NCBI RefSeq assembly: GCF_006345805.1
Contig: NC_043004.1
Span: 62,310,001 to 62,374,000, forward strand
Origin: Octopus sinensis
Lineage: Eukaryota
DNA: 64,000 bases
Direction of reading: 5' to 3'
Shown piece by piece: positions 13,856-24,730 of this stretch. Within the stretch, counting starts at the first letter, position 1; the number at the start of each line of letters is the position of its first letter. Made by a program: the position numbers and the translations under genes. The notes beneath the pieces are model-generated. The model worked only from the letters and a program-made list of their open reading frames with translations, was not told where the DNA came from and did no database searches.

Positions 13856-15259
13856 TTGTTGAATTATTTGTTGGGTATGCAAGCCCGGACTTATGCGAAA
13901 GCAGCAGGCAAAAGCCTGTCTGCTGACGCATTACAGTTAAAAGAAGTAATTATTGAGAAGAAAAATCTGGGGAAATACTATGACAGCTTCAAAAAGGAAG
14001 GAGACTGTCTGAGGATTACACCATCAGAAGACGAAGTGAAAAGAGCAGAGAAAAAAACGATAACATACAGAACATGGAGTGTGGTCTCAAAAAGAATAGA
14101 AGTGGCAGAAGTGGAAGAAATTGGAAAGTGTTTACAAGAAATAAAAGAAAGAACTACCTCCTACAATAGAGGTAGAAAATACGCAACAGTAGACGTTCGC
14201 TTCGAAAGTGAACATGACGCAAAAAGGAATGCAACGACAGCGTTGAGATCTGATAAGTGGGTATTACTACCTACTTACTGTGGTAGACGAGCGGTGACGG
14301 TGCGAATAAGTAAAATTCCACCGGAACTTGATACCGAAAGAATAGCAGCTGCAATAATTTATAACTGCAAGGAGGACGTGGACATACTGAAGATGGAAAA
14401 GTCGAATGAAATAAACTGGTGGGGTTATGCGGTGGAAGCCCTAATCCACATAACCCTGCCAGATTTGTACAACATCCCGGAGGAATTGGTGTTCCCCGAT
14501 GAGAAACGACTGAGTGTCGTGGTGGAAGGGAGACCTCCAGTGTGTTATAAATGTAAGAGCAGAGGGCACATGAAAGATGTGTGTCCTCAAAGAGAAATAC
14601 AAGAGGAGATGATAAACCTGGAGGAAGGAATAAAAGCTTTGACAGGGGAGTTAGAAAGCGAGAATGTAGAACTACAAGCGCGAAAAGCAATCATGACAAC
14701 AGATAATATGGAAAGTGGCGACGAGCTAGAGAAGGAGAAAGAAAAGGAGAGAACAGAAGAAAAAGAGGATAGAAAGCGAATACGGGTGGAATCAGCACCC
14801 AAAGACCAAAAAAAGAAAAAAACAAAAAAGAAGTCTGCCAACGAGACACAGGAGCGAGCACCCGAAAGGAAAAATACAACAAATAAATTGAGTGAAGGTC
14901 AAAGATTGGAGGAAATAGAAATATGGTCAACAAATGTGGAAAAATATCTGAAAAAATGCAAGAAAGGAGGAAGACCCAAAGGAAGAAATTTCCGAGCTGT
15001 AATGTTGTACCGAAAAGATAAAGAAATCGAGAAAAAATTAGCGATAATGAAAGGTCTAACGAGAGTGAAATTGAACCCGAGGATATACGATAACGAACTA
15101 AAGGCAGTAATTTTAGATAATGAGACGGTAAATAAATTAATGAAATTGTTTCCAAATACAGTTGTGTGCATTGCGCACTACGTTCGATATGACAGTTTGC
15201 CCTGCGTTATAGAGCAGGAGGAATTACTCGTTTACATTACTGACGAACACCCCGAATAA
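13856..15259 (+). CDS. L1/Tx1-type ORF1p (gag-like RNA-binding protein, RRM-like region plus CCHC zinc knuckle); intact, no ORF2
   Basis: 467-codon open frame, probable ATG at 13877 (MQARTYAKAAG). Zinc knuckle VVVEGRPPVCYKCKSRGHMKDVCP (CX2CX4HX4C) and a Lys/Glu-rich tail. Followed by a ~180-nt T-rich 3' UTR and AATAAA at 15432-15437. Confidence 0.8.
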   Translation: MLNYLLGMQARTYAKAAGKSLSADALQLKEVIIEKKNLGKYYDSFKKEGDCLRITPSEDEVKRAEKKTITYRTWSVVSKRIEVAEVEEIGKCLQEIKERTTSYNRGRKYATVDVRFESEHDAKRNATTALRSDKWVLLPTYCGRRAVTVRISKIPPELDTERIAAAIIYNCKEDVDILKMEKSNEINWWGYAVEALIHITLPDLYNIPEELVFPDEKRLSVVVEGRPPVCYKCKSRGHMKDVCPQREIQEEMINLEEGIKALTGELESENVELQARKAIMTTDNMESGDELEKEKEKERTEEKEDRKRIRVESAPKDQKKKKTKKKSANETQERAPERKNTTNKLSEGQRLEEIEIWSTNVEKYLKKCKKGGRPKGRNFRAVMLYRKDKEIEKKLAIMKGLTRVKLNPRIYDNELKAVILDNETVNKLMKLFPNTVVCIAHYVRYDSLPCVIEQEELLVYITDEHPE

Positions 15260-15456
15260 TATAACTGTAATTGTAAAAGAAACTGTGAGCTTTGGGGAGC
15301 TCGTAAGCCATTTCATTTAACTCATTGTTAATACTTCATTTCAAATCATCCTTTCTGTATTTTTTTTATATGTGCCCCATGTCCTATATTGTACTGTTAT
15401 GTCCCCTCTGCATTCAGGCCATTGTGCCTATAATAAAGAGAAAAGGACTTCCTATC

Positions 15457-15501
15457 CTTGACTGATGACGAGCAAGACTCAGAAACATGCATGTCTTCAA
15501 G
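15457..15501 (+). ncRNA. Minimal type I hammerhead ribozyme motif
   Basis: Stem I cuuga/ucaag (one extra U), core CUGAUGA 15462-15468, stem II gag-caaga-cuc with a C.A closing mismatch, GAAA 15482-15485, stem III palindrome ACAUGCAUGU, triplet GUC 15493-15495. Confidence 0.7.
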
Positions 15502-15716
15502 TGCTAGTCCTAGCTGGTGGGGGTGTTTGCCTCCCCTTTGCAAATATAAGGACACAGGAAATGTGTCAAAGCCGACAGGAAGTATCGAAGCTTCCTAGGG
15601 CTAAATAGCGGTGAGGTGATTCCCTTGACGGGACTGTCACGTTGAGTTGACAGTATACAAACACTATATCAACCCACCACTGCTTATGTCTCTCTGAGAC
15701 ATTTGGAAATTCAATA

Positions 15717-15766
<50 letters not shown>

Positions 15767-15769
<3 letters not shown>

Positions 15770-15972
15770 CTGTAAAATAATATGTGACAATTATTCAATA
15801 GTCAAGATATAACTCTGAGTTTCGGATGCCGAGGTGGAAATCCACAACACCATCTCTTCGGTTATCTGGCCTGATAACCGAAGAGATGGTGTTGTGGATT
15901 TCCACCTCGGCATCCGAAACTCAGAGTTTTATCTTGGCTTTTGAATAATTGTCACATATTATTTTACAGATA
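15767..15972. repeat. Near-perfect 100-bp-arm palindrome (6-nt loop) of a PLE-type tail; variant hammerhead on both strands
   Basis: Arms 15767-15866 / 15873-15972 with 3 mismatches. Plus strand: gauaa-CCGAAGA-stem II (gaug..cauc)-GAAA-CUCAGAG-UU-uuauc at 15873-15933. Confidence 0.8.
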
Positions 15973-16034
15973 AATTTCCTCTATTTACATAATATTGAGG
16001 TCTCTTTCTTTCTTTTGTTATCTTGCCGTTTTTA

Positions 16035-16083
<49 letters not shown>

Positions 16084-16319
16084 CAGCAGAAAGACCGCCC
16101 TCCTGAGGGTTATCTGCCAACCACTCAATAATACTTCCACATTTGTTTCTCAATTCTAATAATTTTTATGATATTTTACGTATAATTATTTCTTTGTATA
16201 ATAGCGTTCACTTGCTTAGTAAATATTGCTTTCATTATTTTATAACAGTCATAATCTCTCTTTTTTAAAGAGTCAATCTGTTATATATATTTATGATTAA
16301 TAATTTGTAGGACTTACAT

Positions 16320-16348
16320 AGGTGTGGATAGATAGATAAATAGATAGG

Positions 16349-16393
<45 letters not shown>

Positions 16394-16435
16394 GAATGGA
16401 TGGATGGATGGATGGATGGATGGATGGATGGATGG
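16320..16435 (+). repeat. (GATA)n-(GGAT)n compound microsatellite
   Basis: Direct inspection. Confidence 0.95.
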
Positions 16436-16689
16436 ACACACACAGCACACAAACATACACACGAAAGTCTGGTGCAGTAATTGTGTACATGGGAATGGCG
16501 TTTGCTTAATTTTTCAAATATACCCAAATAAAAAATCATATTATATAACTATATCATTCATTCGGCATGTGTAAAAATATGCCCAAACAGTGTAATTCCG
16601 CACAAATATTACATGTTTCGTTACATGTAATTTATGAGTTAATTCTATTGACTGAAACTTGCTGGAAAGCATATTTTGCTTTTAAGTAT

Positions 16690-17740
16690 TATCTCCTTGT
16701 TGACACAATTGTCTGTAATCATACCGTTTCCCTTTCTCTCAGCCAATATTTTAAAAATTAGTTGACATTTGAACTCTACATAATGCAACATACACCTGAC
16801 AAAGTGAGAAAAATTGCGTCGGAAGATACATTCCAATTTATTCAAAAGTCTGTTCCTGCGCCTTGTAGCACATAAAGGCAAAAGCTGGCTTGATAAGAAA
16901 TTGTTTGCGTGTAAATGTGAATTTGAATGGAAAATCCACTTCTTGAGACACATATGATATTCTTGGGACTAGCAGAACTGAACCTGCATAAGGACCAAAA
17001 GCAGCCTCAACCTAATTAACATGGTCATCTAAACTGACAATGATGTAGCTTCTGCCATTGCAACGTCCATTAGTTAAGAACGCTGATGGTGTAAGTTCTT
17101 TTATGAATTCGATTGTGTACAGTTTCATTATCAACTGTACCTAAACTTCAGTATATTTTTAGCTCACCGGCGATTTTGGACAACAGAAAATCATTCACAA
17201 ATGGTGCAGCTTCATTTGCTAGATTAATAATGGTTGTATTTGCAAGCCACACAGGGTTTATGAAGGTACCTTTTAGGTCAGCATATACAAAATCCCATAG
17301 ATCTGTAAGAGTACCACTTTCAAAACCAAAGGTCACTGGTTAGTTCGATTTTGAATTCACCTAGGCTTTGTACAACAGAAATGTTATCATTTCCTGCATC
17401 AAGAACGTAATTAGCAAACTCTTTTTCATCAGAATGACTGACCATCCATAAGCAGTTTTAGATTAGTTGTCAACTCCACTACTTCCATATGATCACAAAG
17501 AAAAGATCTCTTTAGTGCTCCATCAACAATTTGTGATTTGGCATCATTATTCTCCTCTCGAGATACCCTAACCTGTCAGTCATGCGTAGCGGAAAGAGAA
17601 TCACGTCCACGTTTCCGTGGATATTCAGAGATCTGTTTCAGTCGCTTTGCATCTGATTCAGTTGCCCGTCTTGTCTCTCTGCCGGTGTGCCTTTGTTGCT
17701 AAATTTTCTTTTTTCAGTCGCATATTATATATAAATGAAA
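16690..17740 (-). pseudogene. Helitron RepHel remnant (PIF1-type helicase C-terminus plus charged N-terminal fragment), internally deleted
   Basis: Minus strand: LWDFVYADL...WLANTTI..VNDFLLSKIAGELKIY; GRCNGRSYI; LVPRISY; FPFKFTFTRKQFLIKPAFAFMCYKAQEQTF; GMYLPTQFFSLCQVYVALCRV (cf. FSHGQLYVALSRV). Confidence 0.8.
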
Positions 17741-17852
17741 GTTCATAAAGAACTATCTTGTTAAGCATGCTAGAAATAGCAGGGATCAGATAGTTATTGT
17801 TGTAAGGCTTATAGCGCTAAGTAGCCATACCGACAGTATCACTTCTTCATTA

Positions 17853-17889
<37 letters not shown>

Positions 17890-17949
17890 ATATAGATAGA
17901 TAGATATATATATATATGCCGGTATATTAAATAATTTTCATTTCATCAA

Positions 17950-18246
17950 GAACAACAATTGCAGCGTAGAAGGTGTTTATAAGCCATATAAAAATACGCA
18001 GAAACCGTAAGATTCTCTTCAACGTTTAAATTTAATTTGTCAAAATATTTTCGTCGCTTTTCGACCGGGACCTCTTTACTGAAAAAATATTCCGTGCTGC
18101 GTGGAACAGGTCAGGGAATAGGTCCCGGTCTGAAAACGACGAAAATATTTTGGCAACTTAAATTTAAATATTGATTTGAATCTAACGGTTTCTGTGTGTT
18201 TTTAAATGGCTTATAAACACCTTCCACCCTGCAACTGTTGTTTTTG
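17950..18246. repeat. Inverted repeat (17950-18081 / 18110-18246) with hammerhead topology but degenerate core
   Basis: Arms are reverse complements (roughly 80%). gtca-[GGGAAUA]-g-gtc..gac-GAAA-AUAUU-U-tggc at 18110-18154. Confidence 0.7.
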
Positions 18247-18897
18247 TTTCAGTGCACGGTCTCAGATCAGGTAACTTGCTATGCAAGTACATCTCCATTT
18301 TATCAAAAATATTCATTTAACAAACTCCGAAAACTGGAAATATGCTTCAGATTGTGCCTCATATCAAAGTTATACAGCTATTTTGTGTAATAGCATGTGT
18401 TCATTCAACACAAACTCAATTTAAAATTATAGTAGTATAACAAAAAATTAATTGAGCAAACTCCGGAAACTGATGACATTCTTGGAATTGAGTCTCGTAT
18501 CAATGTTCTATAGCTACTGTTAAATTATCGTTCATGGAAATAGAGGCGAGCTAGAATGAGTACCTGCAACGGATTAATGGTGTTTATTAAAATGTTATAT
18601 AGTGAATGTTATATAGTAAAGAGTATTCAATATTAAAATCTACTCCGCAGTGAATACAATGAATATTTAGGTTTATGAAGGATTGGACGTAGTGAATGAA
18701 ATGAATAATTAAATTTGCAAGAATTTGGAGTTTAAAATATTCAAAAATTGCAGAAATCATATCGAAATCATACAATCTTCCTTAGAACATGAATTTATAA
18801 AAAATATTTCCACACGCTCAAAATTTTAATATTACTTTCTGCTAATACTCTTAGTAATTCTTACACCCCTAATTAATAAGCAGGCTTCTCCATTATA

Positions 18898-18945
<48 letters not shown>

Positions 18946-19079
18946 CTATTTTGCATATTACTTAATCATTGTTATATGTTTTATCTTACATTTAATCTTT
19001 CTATAATATGTAATTTTTCTAAATGGTATAATTTAATTTTTCATTATTGAATTGGTAAAAGGTGATTTATTTCTAATTC

Positions 19080-19153
<74 letters not shown>

Positions 19154-19599
19154 AAGAGAAAGAGAGATAGATAGATAGATAGATAGATATATAGATAGAT
19201 AGATAGATAGATAAAACTTACTTGGAAAAAATGCTTGGTTTTCGATCATATAATAATATATAAAAATATATAAATATATGCGTATATACATACATATATG
19301 TACATACCTACATACATATAGGTACAGGACACCAAAAATTTTGAACACAATGAGAAACGAAAATATAAAAACAAAAATATAGAAACGAACTTTTTTCAAA
19401 CAACGAAAAAACAGAGAAACGAGACATACAACATAAAGAATATTCCCCTTCTTCGGTTTTCCCTGTTTCAACTACTCCGCGTTACGAGGACAAGGATAAG
19501 GCGCGACTTCCTTGAAACAGTCCTTCCCGCAAAGCAAATTAAATAAAATTTAGATTTTTTTCGGAGGGGGAAATTGGTAACAAGGAAAAGAACAATGAG

Positions 19600-22020
19600 A
19601 ACAAAACAGTAAAAACCAACGGTGAGGGCTGTTAAGCCAAGACGATAGAAAAATTATTATGAACGCTAGGAAGGCGAGCTTATGAAGGAGACAGAGTAGG
19701 CACGTTGAGTCTTTACGAAGGTTAAACGTTTGTAAAGACTCAATTCGGAGGGTGGATGTTGCCATGTTTGTTATCAAAATTATTTTTTGTTCCCAAAAAG
19801 AGTAGAAACAAGGGAACCAGATAATTCTGTGAAATGGTAATGAATTAGACAAATATTTTGTAACAAAAGAAACAACTAACGACTTCTTTTGGACACGGGA
19901 ATTAAGACTCATTAAAAGTTTGTAAAAAGAAAGTAATCTATACTCTGAAAGGAATCAACAGTGGAACATGTGATATATATAGGTTGTGAATGAAGAGCTA
20001 AATATTTAACAGATCTCAAACAGCTATACTGCCCTACTACTTTACTACTTAAATACAGCATTATACACACAGCAGTTCAGGAAAATATCAACATAAGCTT
20101 AGTCAGGAAACAGAAGAGATGCCAGCGGCGAATAAACTGCTACCAGTATAATAGACAGTTCAACAATTAAGAGAAACAACATTGGAAGTATATTCCAGGT
20201 GATTTAACAGTCAGAAAATTTGATGAAAATATTTGGAGCAAAAAAAATCCAACACAATATAAAAGGCAGAACTGTTGTGAGAATTTTGAAAACAGAATTT
20301 GAAGACGGAGTAAAACTGGAAAATGTAACTATTACGGACGAGAATTTGAAAGAGATGAAGGAATCACATTTCAACGCTCGTCGACCAGCTAGGTGTCATA
20401 GATTTTTCGTGCAAATTCCCATGTATCCACAGCCATACACGACTCTACATATCACATTACATAGAAGATAGAAGAACAACATAAATGACAAAAGAAAGGA
20501 CAGTGTTGATATAGAATAACTACAAAAAGAAAGATGCGCAAGAACTTATAAATCTATGAACTTATAAATCTATGTTTACCATTTACGAGAAAATTATAAA
20601 CTGGTGTCAGACACATGAAATATAAATGGAAAGGGGGATTTAGTTCCAGAGGAGCCAAAGAGTTTCGGATAGATGTCAAGAACAGTTGATCTGATGTATG
20701 TCGATAGTAAGATATTAAATGTAGCACTAGTCAGATAGGAAATCTTAAGTCTTGCCTGGAGAGATTACAGAATCTCCTAAGACAATGTTCCCATCTGCTT
20801 CCTCTTGAAGTGACGGAGATTGCTCGAGGCTAATGTGAAGATAGACAACTATTTGGCAAAAACTATGATAGTGAGGGAAATGCGCAAACGATTACAAAGT
20901 AAATGGGAGAATATGCTGGGTATATATACCAAAGAGAATTGCACACTCCATTACTCATCTTCATAGCATTACTCCCTCTGAGAAATATACTGAGAACATA
21001 TTAACCTGCTTATGATTTTAACGAAACGAACTTCAAAGAGCATAAGCAATAGGAAGGTGTTAGAAATTATTAATGAAATAAATACTTAGGCTACTGTGAT
21101 CTCTTTCTCTATTGGACTAACTTCGAGTTGCAGGATGTAGAACAACTAGCGAGCAGTCCACAATGAATGATCATACAACCACCGGCGGGGTCTATCTTCT
21201 TCGAAATGAAGGAGGTTGAAAACAGCTTAGAACTGCTTTAATGAGTCTGAAACTTTGTGCTGTATTTATTGCAAAATCAATAATATCGGAAGCTAAAGTA
21301 GAACAGAAAGTGACACAAGCATTAAGATGCAAGAGCAGAAGGATGAACAATCATGCAAACGGATGGGAAGAAATAGAAGTACATGGCTAATTCAGCAACA
21401 ACCAGAGTATGTTGAAAGTAAGGAACGCTGAATTTGGTTGAAGGAGTTAAACGAGTAACGAGTTGCCAACGCGCTAAAGAGATCTGCCCAGGAACAATCA
21501 GATGATCGATTCTAATAAAGGCGTCGATGGGCAACATTTAGAGATCAAATGTAGAATCTGCTGGATAACATTAATCATCTCTAAGCTAGCACAAAAGGTT
21601 AAGCGGAGGAATACTGTGTTGATAATAGATATCATTGGAATGTTACTCGAGTGCGTGACATCCAAATAACAGAACAATTGGTGTGAAGAGAAACCTGAAA
21701 CTGTGATTGAGGATAGGAGCTAAGCACCGAAGGGAATTTCTCCATAATGACTGATGATGCCAGACTGGGCAAAGACAAATTTGATTATAGAACACAAAAT
21801 AAAGAACATCAGATAATTTGCAATGAGTGAACACCAAAGTGATGGGGAGGGGGATGAGAAGTACGAAAGAGATTGTGGAAAACTAAGACAACAAATGTCA
21901 CTCGGCATGGCGCCCGAGCTGCTAAGTGACAGAAAAAATTTGGAACTGAGACATTTACTCATGACCTTCAGAAAAGTGGCAATTTATGGATCTGAACAGA
22001 TATGCTGTTAAAAAAACTAA
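19600..22020 (+). pseudogene. Decayed R4/Dong-like LINE (RT plus restriction-like endonuclease)
   Basis: VKLENVTITDENLK; LAWRDYRIS*DNVP (cf. AWIDYxKAYDxVP); KCRIC..INHL; EKPETVIED; followed by an (ACT)n/(AAT)n tail. The 5' boundary is uncertain. Confidence 0.65.
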
Positions 22021-22055
22021 AGATGATAATTCTGTTAATTAAATACACATGTAGC

Positions 22056-22093
<38 letters not shown>

Positions 22094-22275
22094 GATATTG
22101 CTGCTGTTGCTCCTAATACTTTTACTATTACTACTACTACTACTACTACTACTACTGATATTGCTGCTGTTGCTCCTCATACTTTTACTATTACTACTAC
22201 TACTACTATACTACTACTACTACTACTACTACTACTAATAATAATAATAATAATAATAATAGTAACAACAATAAA

Positions 22276-22832
22276 CGCCCTGATGCAGTATTAGGCAGTA
22301 GCTTTAAGGGCTTCTGATCTTAGCTGATTGGAAGTGTTGTCATGTACATTGTTTTGTCTTGGTATAAAAAATGGGCTACAGCTAATATTCTGCTCAATAC
22401 CACAGATTTGCTTGTCAGTTGTTTCACCTTAAAGAGTGGAACATGTCTCTTAGTGGCTGACAATATCTGCATCTCTGATCACGAGCAGAAGTAGAGGGAG
22501 AGCATCATAGCTATGTGTTGAGGGGGAATTCTTTGGAGTTTGGATAATTCACCTCTGGAAACATGGGTGTTTTGTTCATCATCCTTAAACGAGTTTTATT
22601 CAGAGATCTTTTGAGGGTTACTCGACCTGAAAAAGTTCTGACTGGGCCCCACCTCTAAGGTCATGCGCTGTTACACTTGAACTAGATCACCATGTCGTGC
22701 ACATATGGTTGTCACGCATATACCCTTATCAGTCTGACCTACCCTTATCAGACTGTTGGTCATTATATGTATTCTGGACTTCGCATATTTTACACCGGTG
22801 CCACATTGATGGTTTGCTCTGTTCTCTCACAC
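22276..22832. mobile_element. ~560-bp non-coding interspersed element embedded in (AAT)n on both sides
   Basis: Complex sequence bounded by aataataat arrays at 22236-22272 and 22833-22850. I recall it as a common octopus repeat, which I cannot verify here. Confidence 0.55.
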
Positions 22833-22902
22833 AATAATAATAATAGTAATAGTAGTAGTAGTAGTAATGATGATGAGGAGGAGGAGAAGGAGGAAGAGGA
22901 AG

Positions 22903-22934
<32 letters not shown>

Positions 22935-23100
22935 CCTTTATCCTTTCTACTATAAGCACAAGGCCTAAAAATTTGGTACTTAATTTATCGACTCCGAAAG
23001 GATACAAGGCAATGTCAAATTTGAACCAAGAACGAAGCGACAGGCCAAATACCGCTAAGGATTTCATCCAACATGTAAAGGATTTTGCCACATCAGCGCC

Positions 23101-23145
<45 letters not shown>

Positions 23146-23159
23146 TAATAATAATAATA

Positions 23160-23219
<60 letters not shown>

Positions 23220-23221
<2 letters not shown>

Positions 23222-24730
23222 TATTGGCCAGAAGGGCCGTACAGAAAACCTATCGGGAAAATACAAACAAGGAACAAGTGGGGTTTAAACCAGAAAAAAA
23301 GTGTAAGCAATAAAACACTCAATAACAGTTAACAACAACAAAAAATATAAAATTCCCCAATAGTGGGGAGTTTCCCGGAGGCCAACCTGGCACCACATAG
23401 TCTGGTTACTCTGACTGCTAAGAGCACTCCCAATATGTAGCCTTCTTTCCCTCAACTGCTTCGGCTTACAGACGAATATTCAGTGTAGTCCCATTCACAC
23501 GAGCCATTTTCGCAACATCCACTCACATTTTAACAAACTTCCTGGAGGGATGAACTCCTCTCTCTACTTTTCAAGTAGAACTTGAAAAAGTCGGTGAGAA
23601 CTCCGTCAAATAGGAAAGTGTCTGTCTTGTGTTCTTTCATTCTCGTTCACCACCCTAACTCTTTCGCTATAGCAACGAGACAGAAGAAAAATGGCTTTTC
23701 CTCCGGCCCAGAGAATGTTGTGGGTTGATCCTCACAATGGACTCAGCAGATAACCGGAACCGTCCAACAGGTAACAACAGCAGTATGAGAAATCTCCGCA
23801 AGACAGTATTACCTTGACACTGGACGAGTGCATACAGGACGGTTTCATTACACTACGTACATCTAAGATATGACCAAATGACTGCACTACCGTGTTCGTA
23901 GAGTTTATCTCGAACCGGCAAATATTCCCGATAGCGCTACAAGGCCAGGGATCTCTGGAAGATATCCATAGGCTCTGGCCCAAAGGTAATCCGCAAAAGA
24001 CCAGTTAGTTAATCCCCTTCGACGCCCAGAGTATCCCCAAGTACGTCGCCGCTCTTTCCGTCCACAAATTCCCTATACGGTGGAACTTCCACCAACCGCG
24101 GTCCCCGACTTGCAGAAGGCTGTGAGCGCTTTCCTACACTCCAGATGTCAAGTGCCCTTTCTTGGCCTGCACTTCACCCAGGACTATATCGCTGTCAATT
24201 AGATGAACTGCGGAACGTTCCGTTTGACGGCGACTACACCTTTTCACCGTTAAAGAAAAGCTGGAGATGTCGTATTCTCGGTGCATATCTGCACAACGTT
24301 GGCCACGACATGCTCAGTCATCCAGTCACAGGCTGCTGAAAGCAGAAGGACCGACTGACGTGCGGAAAACGACCTTTCCATTGAAATCGGAAGAGCAAGG
24401 CGCTCCTACTTTATTAGGCACGAAGTTGGGATAGGGACGACGGTCAGACCGTAGTAGTTGACAGAAGCGATGTACGCATCCATCATCTCCGCCCGACCAT
24501 TCAGGGACAGCCTCCTCTCTGCCCGTTTCTAAGTGAGATTGGCTAACCTGCTCCTCACCTTGCTCCAACTCTTGTTCACCTGGAGGTCTGGATCATACCA
24601 GATCCCGAGCAATTTAACTGGTCCTTCCGTCAAGAGCAATACAATGCAGTTAGTAGGCATATACCTGCCTCTCCAGATGCCGAGGTGCTGGCCCACCGAC
24701 ATCTGGTTGATCATTACTCCTGTCACCTTT
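23220..24730 (-). pseudogene. Tx1/L1-clade LINE, 5'-truncated ORF2 C-terminus plus 3' UTR
   Basis: EGPVKLLGIWYDPDLQVNKSWSKVRSRL; LTDFFKFYLKSRER; 3' end cggcccttctggccaataaa followed by (AAT)n. Confidence 0.75.

Larger units (their letters stand above)
13481..15724 (+). mobile_element. Hammerhead-bearing PLE/retrozyme-like element: inverted 117-bp repeat (13481-13597 / 15544-15660) plus direct 50-bp repeat (13603-13652 / 15675-15724), interrupted by an ORF1-only element
   Basis: ttgtatactgtcaactcaa...gtgtccttatat is the reverse complement of atataaggacac...ttgagttgacagtatacaa (roughly 90% by eye). atgtctctctga(a/g)acattt(a/g)gaaattcaatatttctaat is present twice in the same orientation. HHR at 15457-15501. 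Confidence 0.7.

Noticed and set aside
14271-15171. Minus-strand ORFs overlapping the 467-aa ORF1
   Set aside because: Antisense shadows of a purine-rich coding strand, with no motifs.
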